In this document: one piece after another, positions 49,279-60,000 of the stretch
Numbering within the stretch: the stretch's first letter is position 1
Layout: every line of letters starts with the position of its first letter
The notes under the pieces: generated by a model
Databases searched by the model: none
Told to the model about the DNA's origin: nothing
Seen by the model: only the letters and a program-made list of their open reading frames with translations
Translations under genes and position numbers: made by a program
Source: Camelus dromedarius
Taxonomy: Eukaryota
Assembly: GCF_036321535.1 (NCBI RefSeq)
Contig: NC_087447.1
Span: forward strand, 46,006,001-46,066,000
Length of the DNA stretch: 60,000 bases
Direction of reading: 5' to 3'

Positions 49279-51515
49279 CCAAGATGGAGGAATAGGAAGA
49301 CCCTGAGCTCACCTCCTCCTCCAGGCACAGCAAAATTACAATTTACAGAACAACTATCAATAAGAACCACCTGAATACTTGCAGACAAGCTCTTCTACAA
49401 CTAAAGGATATCAAGAAGGAACCACAGGAGTGTGGGAGTGCTGGGGGCGTGGTATAGTTAAGACCCACACCCCCAGTGGGTGACCCACAGATGGGAAGAT
49501 AAGTACAGATGCAGAGGTTCTCCCAAGGAGCATGGGGTCTGAGCCCCACATCAGCGTCCTGTGCTGGGAAGATGAGCCCGCAAAACATTTGGCTTTGAAG
49601 GCCAGTGGGGCTTAATCAAAACAGTATGGTATGGCACAAAACAGACACATAGATCAATGGAACATAATAAAGAGCCCAGAAATGAATCCACAATTATATG
49701 GGCATTTAATCTATGACAAAGGAGGTAGGAATTTACAATGAGGAAAAGATAGTATTTTCAGAAAGCAGTGCTGAGAAAATTGGGCAGTTACATGTAAAAG
49801 AATCAAGCTGGATTACTTTCTTACTCTATAAAAAAAAATAAATTCACAGTGAATTAAAGACTTAAATGTGAGACCTGGAACCATTTCATTTCTACCCGAA
49901 TTATAGGCAGTACACTCTTTGGCATTGGTCTTAGCAATATTTTTTTGGATATGGCTCCTCAGGCAAGGGAAATATAAGAAAAAATAAACAACTGGTACCA
50001 CATCAAACTAAAAGCTTTTGCACAGTGAGGAAACCTACCAATACAAAAAAGGCCTCCTACTGAATGATAGAAGATATTTGCAAACAATATATTCTGCAAG
50101 GGGTTAATATCCAAAATATACATACAGTTTATACAACTCAACATCAAAAAACAAACAACCCAATTAAAAAATGGGCTGAGGTCCTGTACAGATATTTTCC
50201 CAAAGAAGACACACAGGCCAATAGGCACATGCAGAGCTGCGCAACATGTCTAATCATCAGGGAAATGCAAATCAAACCCACAATGAAATACCACCTCAGA
50301 CTTGTCAGAATGGCTATTATCAAAAAGACAAGAACTAGCAAGTGTTGGAGAGGATGTGGAGAAAAGGGAACCCTCATGTAATGGTGGAAATGTAAATTGG
50401 TGCAGCCATTATAGAAAACAATATAGAGATTAATCCAATAAGTTAAAAATAGAACTGTCACATGATCCAGCAATTCCACTCCTGGGTATTTATCCAGAGA
50501 AAACAAAAACACTAATTTGAAAAGCTACATGCACCCCTATGTTCATTGAAACATTATTTATAATAGCCAAGATGTGGAAGCAACCAAAGTGCCCATTAAT
50601 ATTTGAGTGGATAAAGAAGATGTGATATATATATAATTGAATATTACTCAGCCATAAAAAAGGGTTAAGTCTTGCCATTTGCCACACGTGGAAGCACCTA
50701 GAGAGCATTATGTTAAGTGAAATAAGTCAGAGAAAGATAAATACAGTATGATTTCATTTATATGTAGAATCTAAAAAACAAAGCAAATGAACAAACATAA
50801 TGAAACAGAAACAGAGTCATAGATAAAGAGAACAAACAGGTGGCTGCCAGAGGGAGGTGGTTCAGGTGTTCAGAGGAGAGAAATAGATGAAGGAGACTAA
50901 GAAATAGGTGAGGGAGATTTCAGGTACAAAATAAATGAGTCACAGGTATGAAATGTACAGTATGGGGAAACGTACAGTTTAGTCAATAATTATGTAATAT
51001 CTTTGTGTGGTGACAGATGGTAACTAGACTTATCATGGTGATTATTTTGAAATTTATAAAACTATCAAATCACTGTGCTGTGTAACAGGAACTAACATAA
51101 TGTTGTAGGTAATTATACTTCAAAAACAAATAGTCCCATAGAAAAAGAGATCAGATTTGTGGTCACCAGATGCAGGGATGGGGGATGAGGGGATTGGATG
51201 AAGGTAGTCAAAAGTACAAACTTCCAATTACAAGATAAATAAGTATGAGGGATGTAATGTACAACATGATAAATACAATGAACACTGCTGTATGTCATCT
51301 ATGAAAGTTGTTAAGAGAGAAATCCTGAGTTCTCATCACAAGGGAAAATATTTTTTCTGTTTCTTTAATGTGTCTATATGAGATGATGATATTTATTACT
51401 AAACTTACTGCAGTAATCATCTCATGATGTATGTATGTTATATTATTATGATGTGAACTTTAAACTTCTACAGTGCTGCACATCAATTATTTCTCTATAA
51501 CCTGGAAGAAAAATA
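49279..51515 (+). mobile_element. Internally deleted L1: 5' UTR start joined to ORF2 C-terminus and complete 3' UTR
   Basis: CCAAGATGGAGGAATAGGAAGACCCTGAGCTCACCTCC 5' end. ORF remnant [44 protein letters not shown] is the L1 ORF2 C-terminal domain. The 3' UTR runs to about 51515. Confidence 0.88.
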
Positions 51516-51751
51516 ATGTAGTATCAAATCAATCAGGGAAAAGAGACCTGACTATAAAAAAAGATTTCTTAATAGCACCTAGAAGAAAGAGAAAGAGCAA
51601 TACCAGCAAAAAATAATAAAATAAAAATATTTTTTTAAAAAATTTGAATAAATAAAAGCAGGTGGCTATTTCAGTCAGAGACTGAATGAAATGATTGAAG
51701 TCTATGGACAAAATATTTATGGTGTTATTCAGAAGTGAAAACATCTTACAA

Positions 51752-51927
51752 GAGTGGTACTCTAATATGCATGATAACCTATAGGTAGCTTGTTAAAATG
51801 CAGATTCTTGTGCTCCATCTGAAAAGTTTCTGCTTAAGTAGTTCTGGGGTGGAGTTGAAGAATCTGCACTTTAAAAAAGAATTTCAAGTGGTTCTGATGC
51901 CCTGGTGCTGGACCACACTGAGAACAG
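51752..51927. mobile_element. MER5-like hAT MITE
   Basis: GCTTGTTAAAATGCAGATTC..CTGGGGTGGAG..GAATCTGCACTTTAA..TTCTGATGC..GGACCACACTGAGAA. Confidence 0.75.
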
Positions 51928-52594
51928 TGAAGGATGCCAATGGTAAGTGGGTGTCATAAATGTATCCAATTGGTAGTATGAAGACAGACTGTGAGGACCC
52001 ACAGGAATGAAGAGCCTGGGAGATGACGAACAAAAAAGTGTGGTTTCATGAAGTTGTTAAATGGGAATCGATAATTTTATTATCTGCAGTTAAAAAGCAA
52101 CAACAAAAACTTCATTATTGAGCATTTTTAAAGTATAAGAAAGTTTTTTTAAAGTGTAAATAAACTAATATTCAACTATCAGCATATAAGTAATTTTGAC
52201 ATTTGGAACATGTCTTTCTATACCTTTGTAACATATATGTTATGAGTATATACTTATACCCTTGTGTATATTGATCATGAAATATACACACAACAGTGAT
52301 AAAAGTACATTGAAGACTAATCTATCTTTTAATATATCATTCATATCTATATCAGTATTTAGCTTGTTGCATGATAGTTCATATCTTATTTATCAATATT
52401 CTGAAGTAAATGTCTAAGTCCTTTCCAGATTACCATTGCAGTATATAACGATGTGTCACTACCACATCACTGCGCTCCTGCCCACTTTCCCCTAGCACAC
52501 ACATACTTAGAAGATGAATCACTAGACATTAGATCCTTAAATATCAGTACATCTACCAAAGGGTCTGATGAACTTTAAAATTTAGAAAAGTATC

Positions 52595-52825
52595 CTTTTT
52601 TATATATTTTTATTGAAGTATAGTCAGTTTACAATGTTGTGTCAGTTTCTGCTGTACAGCACAATACTTCAATCATATAGGAACATACATTTATTTGTTT
52701 TCGTATTCTTTTTCACCATGAGTTACTACAAGATATTGAATATAGTTCCCTGTGCTAGACAGTATAAACTTGTTAATCTACTTTATGTATATTAGCTAGT
52801 ATCTGCAAATCTTGAACTCCCAATT
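52595..52825 (-). mobile_element. L1 3' end
   Basis: TTTTATTGAAGTATAGTCAGTTTACAATGTTGTGTCAGTTTCTG..ATTGAATATAGTTCCCTGTGCT. Confidence 0.85.
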
Positions 52826-53290
52826 AATTCACATTTCTTCTTGCTTAGTGTTGTCCATGTTCCTGAGTCACAAATAATCTATTTTGGGGAATAGCGATCA
52901 TTACCAATATCTGTAAGAATTACTAAAACCTAGACTTTCCTACTGATCTAAATTATATCAAACATACCTTGATAGCTACATACCCTAGAGGTGGTGAGAC
53001 TATTTGGACTCCAATTTATGAATTAATTTGTCCACTTTGCAGACATGTTTTAACCACGGTCCTGGTCTGCGCCAGATACAGTAGTCTGATAGGGTTATAG
53101 GTACACAAGACATAGTCCCTGTTCTCAAAAAATTCAGTCTAGAACTCTGTAAATAGTAAGTTACTGGATCATCAGAAGAATGAAAGCATGTATAGACAGA
53201 CTTTTTCTGCATATAGTGGTAACTCACATTAGTGAATGATCAAATGTCAGTCAGAGAAGACAATGTAAAAAAAATACACTGAAAAATGTC

Positions 53291-54235
53291 CTAAATTAGC
53301 TTAGAAAGGAATATTTTGAGCATGGTATTACGAATTTGCTTTGTCTTCACACTGTAGATTATGGGATTCATTACAGGAGGGATGAGAAGATAAACATTGG
53401 CAATGAGAGTATGCACAAGGGGAGGGGCATTCTTCCCAAATCTGTGCACCAGTGACAAGCTGATCATGGGGATGTAGAAGATGGCAACAGCACTTATGTG
53501 TGAGACACAGGTACCAAAGGCCTTTTTCCGATGTTCTGGGGAGGCAATGCTGAGCACAGCGTCGATGATCAGAACATAGGAGAGGAGAATCAAGACGGCA
53601 TCCAAGGCAGCAGTAGAGATGACAATGGCCAGACCAAATGCACTGTTGATCTTGGTGTCTGTGCATGAAAGCTTCATCACATCAGGGTGGAAACAGTATG
53701 AATGGTGCAGAACATGACTTTGGCAGAAGGACAGACGCTTAAGGAGCAGGAGTAAAGGCACAAGAGCTACTGTCCCCCTAATAACGACTGCAAAGCCCAC
53801 TTTGATGATCCTTGAATTGGTTAAGATTGTGGCATATCTCAGTGGGTTACAGATGGCAATGAAGCGGTCAAAGGCCATTGCCAGGAGCACTGAGGACTCC
53901 ATGAATGTGAAACCATGAATAAAGAACATTTGACCAATGCAGGCATCAAAGCTGATTTCTCGAGCATTGAACCAGAAAATACCCACCATAGTGACCAATG
54001 TGGAAAGGCACAGCCCTAGGTCCATGAAGGACAGCATGGAAAGGAAATAGTACATGGGTTCATGAAGGCTCGACTCACTGATGATGACAAACAAAATCAT
54101 GCCATTCCCTGAGATGGCAGTGGCATAGAGACAACAGAATGGGATGGAGATCCAGGCGTGGTAAGTTTCAAAACCAGGGATGCCAGTAAGAAAGAAGACT
54201 GCAGGGTAGAAAATGCTCTGGTTGAAGGATGGCAT
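53291..54235 (-). CDS. OR51F5: Intact OR51F-subfamily olfactory receptor (314 aa), closely resembling mouse Or51f5
   Basis: MPSFNQS..FFLTGIPG, LSF.DLGLCLSTLVT, CIGQMFFIHGF, MAFDRFIAICNPLRY, KAFGTCVSH, PPVMNPIIYSVKTKQIR. Strong acceptor TTTCTTCCCTATTTTTTGTAG ending at 54280. The symbol is from recall and less certain than the CDS itself. Confidence 0.88.
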   Translation of the reverse strand: MPSFNQSIFYPAVFFLTGIPGFETYHAWISIPFCCLYATAISGNGMILFVIISESSLHEPMYYFLSMLSFMDLGLCLSTLVTMVGIFWFNAREISFDACIGQMFFIHGFTFMESSVLLAMAFDRFIAICNPLRYATILTNSRIIKVGFAVVIRGTVALVPLLLLLKRLSFCQSHVLHHSYCFHPDVMKLSCTDTKINSAFGLAIVISTAALDAVLILLSYVLIIDAVLSIASPEHRKKAFGTCVSHISAVAIFYIPMISLSLVHRFGKNAPPLVHTLIANVYLLIPPVMNPIIYSVKTKQIRNTMLKIFLSKLI

Positions 54236-55807
54236 GATGAGTGAAGGAAGTAGATGTCCCTTAGGAAGACGAGTACTTCCTACAAAAAATAGGGAAGAAA
54301 TGTTTTCACTCTCTTCTACATATACAGTTTAGGATCACTAGTGAACCTTGTCCTGGTCTTCAGTGGAAGTGCACACCTAGTTATTCCTTTCTTAGATTTG
54401 GAGTTAATCTTGAAAGAACTAGAACTAGGGGAAGAGACAGAGCACTAAGTTGTATGAGGACACCTGGGTTTCAGTAAGTCCCACTTGTTATCTCTAGGCT
54501 TCAGTATGCATTCATATACATTCATAAAAGAGGAGGTTAGATTAGAGAATGCTAAGTTATGTCCCACTTCTGTGATTCTAGGGTCATGGGCAGGTAGGGC
54601 ATTCCTGCACAAATCTAGGACAACACATTTCACCCTGCTCTTCACTTCTCACTTTCCAAGGCAGAAACCCTGAAGAGGTCCTTAAGAGTTTAAAGTCCTT
54701 GCATACCAATGAAAATAGTATAGTGAGATACTAATAAATATTTTACAGGAAAAAAACTTCTGTTTAAATTAGATATGCAAAAGCTCTTGATAAAAATGAA
54801 ATACTAGGAAAGAACCAATTCAATCTTTGCAAATAGACTACAGTAGGTGATAGTTGGTAAAGCGTTTATTGAAGTAGCAGCTGTAAACCTGATATGTTTA
54901 AGGGGAATTCTCCCTGAAGAAGCAGAGCTTAAGTCAACTTAGTAAGAACAAAGGAATTCACTGCAAGCTAACAGATAATTGGACCAGAATTATCTGAGTA
55001 AGATTCTTAATATTCAAAATATTCAAATATACAAAAGGACATTGAAAATGAATTCAGGGGTTTGGAGGTGGGGGTGTGGTCCCTCAAAAGGCCTCACTGA
55101 GGCTGGATGCATCTCCAGTCAGACAAAGGATATGACTGAACAATCTGTTTCAGGATATCAGCATGAACTCACCCAGATCAAGGAATCTGGAGGATCAAAG
55201 AAGTTCCTCTATACTGGTTTTTGTCCTAAGTTTTCTAACACCCAATTTTTAACTATAGAAAGAATGCTTGGTTTTTAAAGTATGTGCATATCCTCTTTCT
55301 CTCATTCATGCATGCATTATTTCAATAAATACGTTAAAAAAAAAACAGACAAAATGCCTGTGTGCCATGAACAGAGTTAGAATTAGACCTAGTATTCCAA
55401 GAAGGCCTGTACATGACTCAGGGAAAAAAATATCTAAGTATAGGTTAATTTGGCGAGTTTCATTCCAGCTCCTGAGTGAACAGGGAGTGGCTTCAACTTG
55501 AGTGGGAATAATTGGTTACAGGGCATGTGATAAAGAGGACATTTGAGAAGAGAAAAATGTTCAATGTAGGAAACCTCTTGAGGACTGACTTTGAAAAAAA
55601 TTAACGGCTAGAAATTTTGAATTGAGAGGAAATGCATAACAAAATAAAACCCATGGGTTTGATCCAGCTCTTGGACCTCAGAAGACAAGCCTTACTTTTT
55701 CACCTGGGATTTGCAGGAATTGAAATATGTACTTACCTTTGCATTCCCAACAAAGGAAGGCTTGAGAGTTGTCAAACTGATGCCTGGGTTGAAGTCACAG
55801 GAGTGGT

Positions 55808-55808
55808 T

Positions 55809-55840
<32 letters not shown>

Positions 55841-55868
55841 TTTAATATATATATATATATATATATAT
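55808..55868. repeat. A-run plus (TA)n microsatellite
   Basis: Read directly. Confidence 0.9.
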
Positions 55869-56374
55869 CCTAGAGTAATCAAATCTAAAAGAAGCAAGGT
55901 CTGAAAAAAAAAAAAAAAGGCCCCAAGGAATAGCAGTATTTAAGGAAAAGCCAGAGTAGCACCTCCTAATGAGACTGCAGAGACACGGCCACTAAGGTGC
56001 AAATGACCCCCAGGAACATGCAAGGACCTCATCAGTTTTTCTCAGACCTTTCATCTCAGAGACAGGAAAAATGCCTGGCACAACAGGGACTAAGAGTGTC
56101 TAAGAGTACAAATGAATGAATTGCATCTAATAAGTGTGATAGACCCTAGACACTTAGTATCAGGCATATATTGTGGTTCCTGATATATGGCCCCTTCAAA
56201 TTGGAAGTAAAGTTCATGTAACCATATTGTTATATTTTTATACAGGAGATAAACTAACAATTTTCTGATTAATCTGGTGTTTATCTTTGATACTTGGACT
56301 TTGCTCAAACTTAGATCTGGTGATAAAAAACAAATATTTCTGGATGAAGTTGTAAGGACATTTAAATCATAAAC

Positions 56375-56807
56375 TGTAACTGAACAGGACCCTGTGGGGC
56401 CTTCCTGGGACAGACCCCTCCCCATATCCTCTGCTTTATATTCTCTGTGAAGTACCCAGATAGTAGTATCTGACGCACATTTCCTGAGTTGTTTACAGAT
56501 GCTAGAAACCCCATCAAATGGAAGAAATTAACTACTTGATGACATGAGCCCGTAGCCCCTAGACTTACTGGCGCCTAAGGATTGATCATTAACTCCTGTG
56601 ACATCATTACCTCACCATCAACCAATCAGACAATTGTGCATGAGCTGATCACAGGCCCTAGGACACCTAGCCCTCACCTTGTCTTTATAAATCTTTGCTG
56701 AAATGCATTGGGGGAGTTTGGGTGTTCTGAGCTCCTTGCTTGGTACTCTGCAATAAATACTGCACTTTCCTTCACCAAAACCCAGACCCAAATTTGGTTC
56801 GGTAACA
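56375..56807 (+). mobile_element. ERV1-like solo LTR
   Basis: TGTAAC...GTAACA termini, CCAAT at about 56622, TATAAA at about 56686, AATAAA at about 56752 in U3-R-U5 order. No clean TSD. Confidence 0.75.
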
Positions 56808-58204
56808 GAAGCAGGCTCTAAAGTTCAATGCTCTTTTATCCAAGTGTCCTTCTCCTTAACAATGGTGATAATATTTGAATGCCTTCTATGTGCCAAACAG
56901 TTTACATCATTTTCTGAATCTTTCTTTCCACTCTTCTACAAGCTTCTTATGGGTATCTTTTTTCCAACTGGTATAATCAAAGGGAAAGAAAGTAAAACTA
57001 TTCTAATTCAGGGAACTCTATTAGAAAAGCTTGTGGGCAGGAATAGCTTTCCCCTTTAATTCTATTATTCTTAAACTAAATGTTATTGGATGTTCTTGCA
57101 CTAAAATTAATGAGCAGATATTAAATAACTACTCATAGAAAGCTATATTTAAATGTCTCTTTCTTCCTCATGGAGAATTCTTCCAAGGCAAGGGCTATGA
57201 CTTAAACATCCTTGTAACAGACCGCCAAGAACATGTAAATAGATCACTCCCACTACAGAGCTTCACACCCATCACTACCACAGATGCACTGGGTATTTTT
57301 TAGCTCTCTTTCACTGATGAGGACATTGAGGCTAAGAGTAGAAAAACCAAAGCTTAGAAGAATCATGTTACTTTCTCACATTTATCTCTGTAACAATGGC
57401 AAACCCAAGCATTCTCTCTGACTTCAAATGGTATGCTTTATCAATTCTTATTTAAAAAGAATATTTTTAAAATTTGGAATGAATGAACACATGCAATACA
57501 GCAATTGTTTTTAAATTGATATATGAATATATATAATATATGAATCTATTTAATACGTACAACTGAGTTTGCTAACTTCCTCCAAACTATTGGTTTTATA
57601 AGCTATCTGAAGATTATACAGTACCTGATGTATTCAGAAAAGACTTCAATACACTAAAACACTGACCTCATGCGAAGAAGACTTCTTGGGTCTGGAATAT
57701 AAGGTCATTTGATCCTGCCCTCTGCTCTTTGAAAGTCATCCCAGGCAGCAGCAGCCAAGAGTCTTTTAAAGCAAAAGAGAGTATCTCAACCAAACAAACT
57801 TACAAGCAGAAAGGTCTTCTGACCTAAGGCTGGGGAAACAATGTCTGATCAGTCCTGTCCCTGTAAACCATCTCCGAAGAGATTATCTTTTGCCAGAATT
57901 CATAGGCAGTTCTCAGGAATGAGAGAACTCTCAGATTTAGAGAGTTTATAAGAAGCCCAGGAGCTGCCAGGTGAGAACCATTTACCCAGCAGAAAAACAA
58001 ATTCCTAGGAGAAAACTCTATAGAGCTGTGTCCTGCTAACCCTTTGTGCCTCAAACAACAGACTATGAAAGGCAATTTCTTTTCAGTCTAACTTCTCTGC
58101 CTTCCCCCGAGGAGAATTCTGCAGATTGATTATGATTGTAGTTCTCATTCAAGAGCAAGTTTACCCCTGTGCAGCTTACAAGAAGCAACTCAGCAAACAA
58201 GCAT

Positions 58205-59108
58205 GTGAAAACATGCTTCACATATGTCATCAAGGAAGTGAAATGAAGACAATGAGATACCACTACACCTATTAGAATATCCAGAATCCTTAAAATTGTC
58301 ATCATATTCTGGGGTGGGTTTGGAGCAACAGGAAATCCCATTTATTGTTGATGGGAATACAAAGTGATACAGCCACTTTAGAAGCCAGTTTGGTGGGTCT
58401 TACAAAACTAAACATACTCATACCATACAATCTAGCAGTTGTACTCCTTAACATACACCCAAAAGAGTTGAAAACTTATGTCTACACAAAAACTACACGT
58501 GGATGTTTACAGCTGCTTTATTCATAATTGCCAAAACTTGGAAGCAATCAAGATGCCCGTTAGTAGGTGAATGAATAAACAATGGAATATTTTCAGTGCT
58601 AAAGGGAAATTAGCTGCCAAGCCATGAAAAGACATGAAGGAAACCGAAATGCATATTTACTACTGATTGGAAGAAGTCAGAAAAAAAGGCTCCATACCAT
58701 ATGATTCCAACTATATGACATTCTGGAAAAGGCAAACTATTGGAGACAATAAAAAGATTAGTGACTAGGGTTTGAGGGAAGGGAGGAATTAATAGGTAGA
58801 GGATTTTTAGGACAGTGAAAATACTCTGTATGGTGCTATAATGTCGGATACATGTCATTTTTATGCATTGGTCCATAACTGTAGACTACACAACATCAAG
58901 AGTGAACCCTAATGTAAACTATGGACTTTGAGTGATAATGATGTGTCAGTGTAGGTTCATCAGTTGTAAGAAATGAAGCACTCTGGTGGGGGATGTTGAT
59001 ATGGAGACAATGCTTATGTGTTGGGACAGGAAATATATGGGAAATCTCTGTACCGTCCACTCAATTTGTTGTGAACCTAAAATGTATCTAAAGAAAAAAG
59101 TATTAAAA
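58205..59108 (+). mobile_element. L1MC-like ORF2 end and 3' UTR
   Basis: AATGAGATACCACTACACCTATTAGAAT..AAAACTTATGTCTACACAAAAAC..CAAGAGTGAACCCTAATGTAAACTATGGACTTTG..GTGAACCTAAAA. Confidence 0.85.
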
Positions 59109-60000
59109 ACAGAGAGAGAGAAAACAACCAAAGACCACAAAACTTTGTGAGTACCTTGTGTGTCCCTTGCTAGCTTACAAAGCCACTAGGCTTTTGTGAT
59201 AACTGGCCTAAAACTGACACCAGTATATTTATCACTGTAGTGAAGATGTTAACCATGTTAGACAACTTCTGTTTAAATTGTGAAAACTCAGAAGTTGCTT
59301 TCAGCCTTGTCCATTTAGTACAGCCTTTGACAATTTGTGGTGAACTGAGAGGGTTGATAAATTTCAAGAACAATAATTAATTAAATATGTTGCTTGGCAT
59401 AAAAGGCTGTGATAGGGATATAAATGTGGAAATCCTGCTGGTCTTGCTAAGGATTCCAGTCTTCAGAGCTTTGGTCCATAAGCAGGGCTGCAGCAGATGG
59501 AACACAGTTTGTAGAACCTCAGGCTCTTTTCCAGCACAAACCCAAGGGATTTAAGCTATTCATCAGCTCAGGTCTAATAATCAGTGGATACACAAAGGCG
59601 ATAATAACCAGTGTTCCTTCTGACAGGTAGAGTGTCTTTTCTAATTGACCTATCCCAGGACTTGAATATTTTAAATATCTTCTCTGCAGTCATCTACCCA
59701 TTTAGAGTTCAGTCCTGAAAGCACTCTTTCTACTCTTTTCGCTTCAACCCTACTGAACACATCTTCAGTTCCCTGAACATGGAGTGCTTTTCTTGGTCTA
59801 CTCATTCTGTTCTCCTAGGTAGTGTTAAGATGTTTACTAATTCTGAAATTCTGCCTCAAATGCAATTCAAAAGAAATTTTATTTTATATTGGCATAAAAT
59901 TTACATTTGTGTTAAAATAGTTTTTCTTCCTAGATGTTCTGATTTCAAATTTAAAGAAACCTTAATGGAAGCTGAATGTGGTGTGTTTGTGCTGTTTTTA

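Noticed and set aside
50064..50381. 105-aa ORF with recognisable protein motifs
   Set aside because: It is a decayed L1 ORF2 C-terminal remnant, not a host gene.
1..60000. CRISPR array, tRNA/rRNA genes or a novel multi-gene system
   Set aside because: No regularly interspaced repeats or recognisable structured RNA genes were seen, and all long ORFs are explained by OR genes or L1.

Overview
Mammalian genomic DNA from a class I (OR51-family, mostly OR51F-like) olfactory receptor cluster. There are seven single-coding-exon OR loci spaced about 5-12 kb apart, in orientation - + + + + - -. Four are intact (9042-9977, 18265-19224 = OR51F1-like, 28890-29834, 53291-54235 = OR51F5-like). Three are disrupted: 2786-3708 is heavily decayed, 33924-34872 has two frameshifts and a stop, and 41126-42075 has a single 1-bp frameshift. 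Several genes have a splice acceptor just upstream of the ATG and candidate O/E (EBF)-site promoters 1-5 kb upstream. The rest is AT-rich intergenic DNA with L1 fragments of several ages, MaLR/ERV solo LTRs, MIRs, hAT MITE remnants and microsatellites. The young L1 3' ends and the lack of recognisable Alu, Bov or PRE SINEs suggest a cetartiodactyl, probably a camelid (inference from recall, not a search). I found no evidence of a new biological system. The most notable observations concern OR birth, death and regulation, and retrotransposition mechanics. Repeat family names and ortholog names come from recognition, not database searches.
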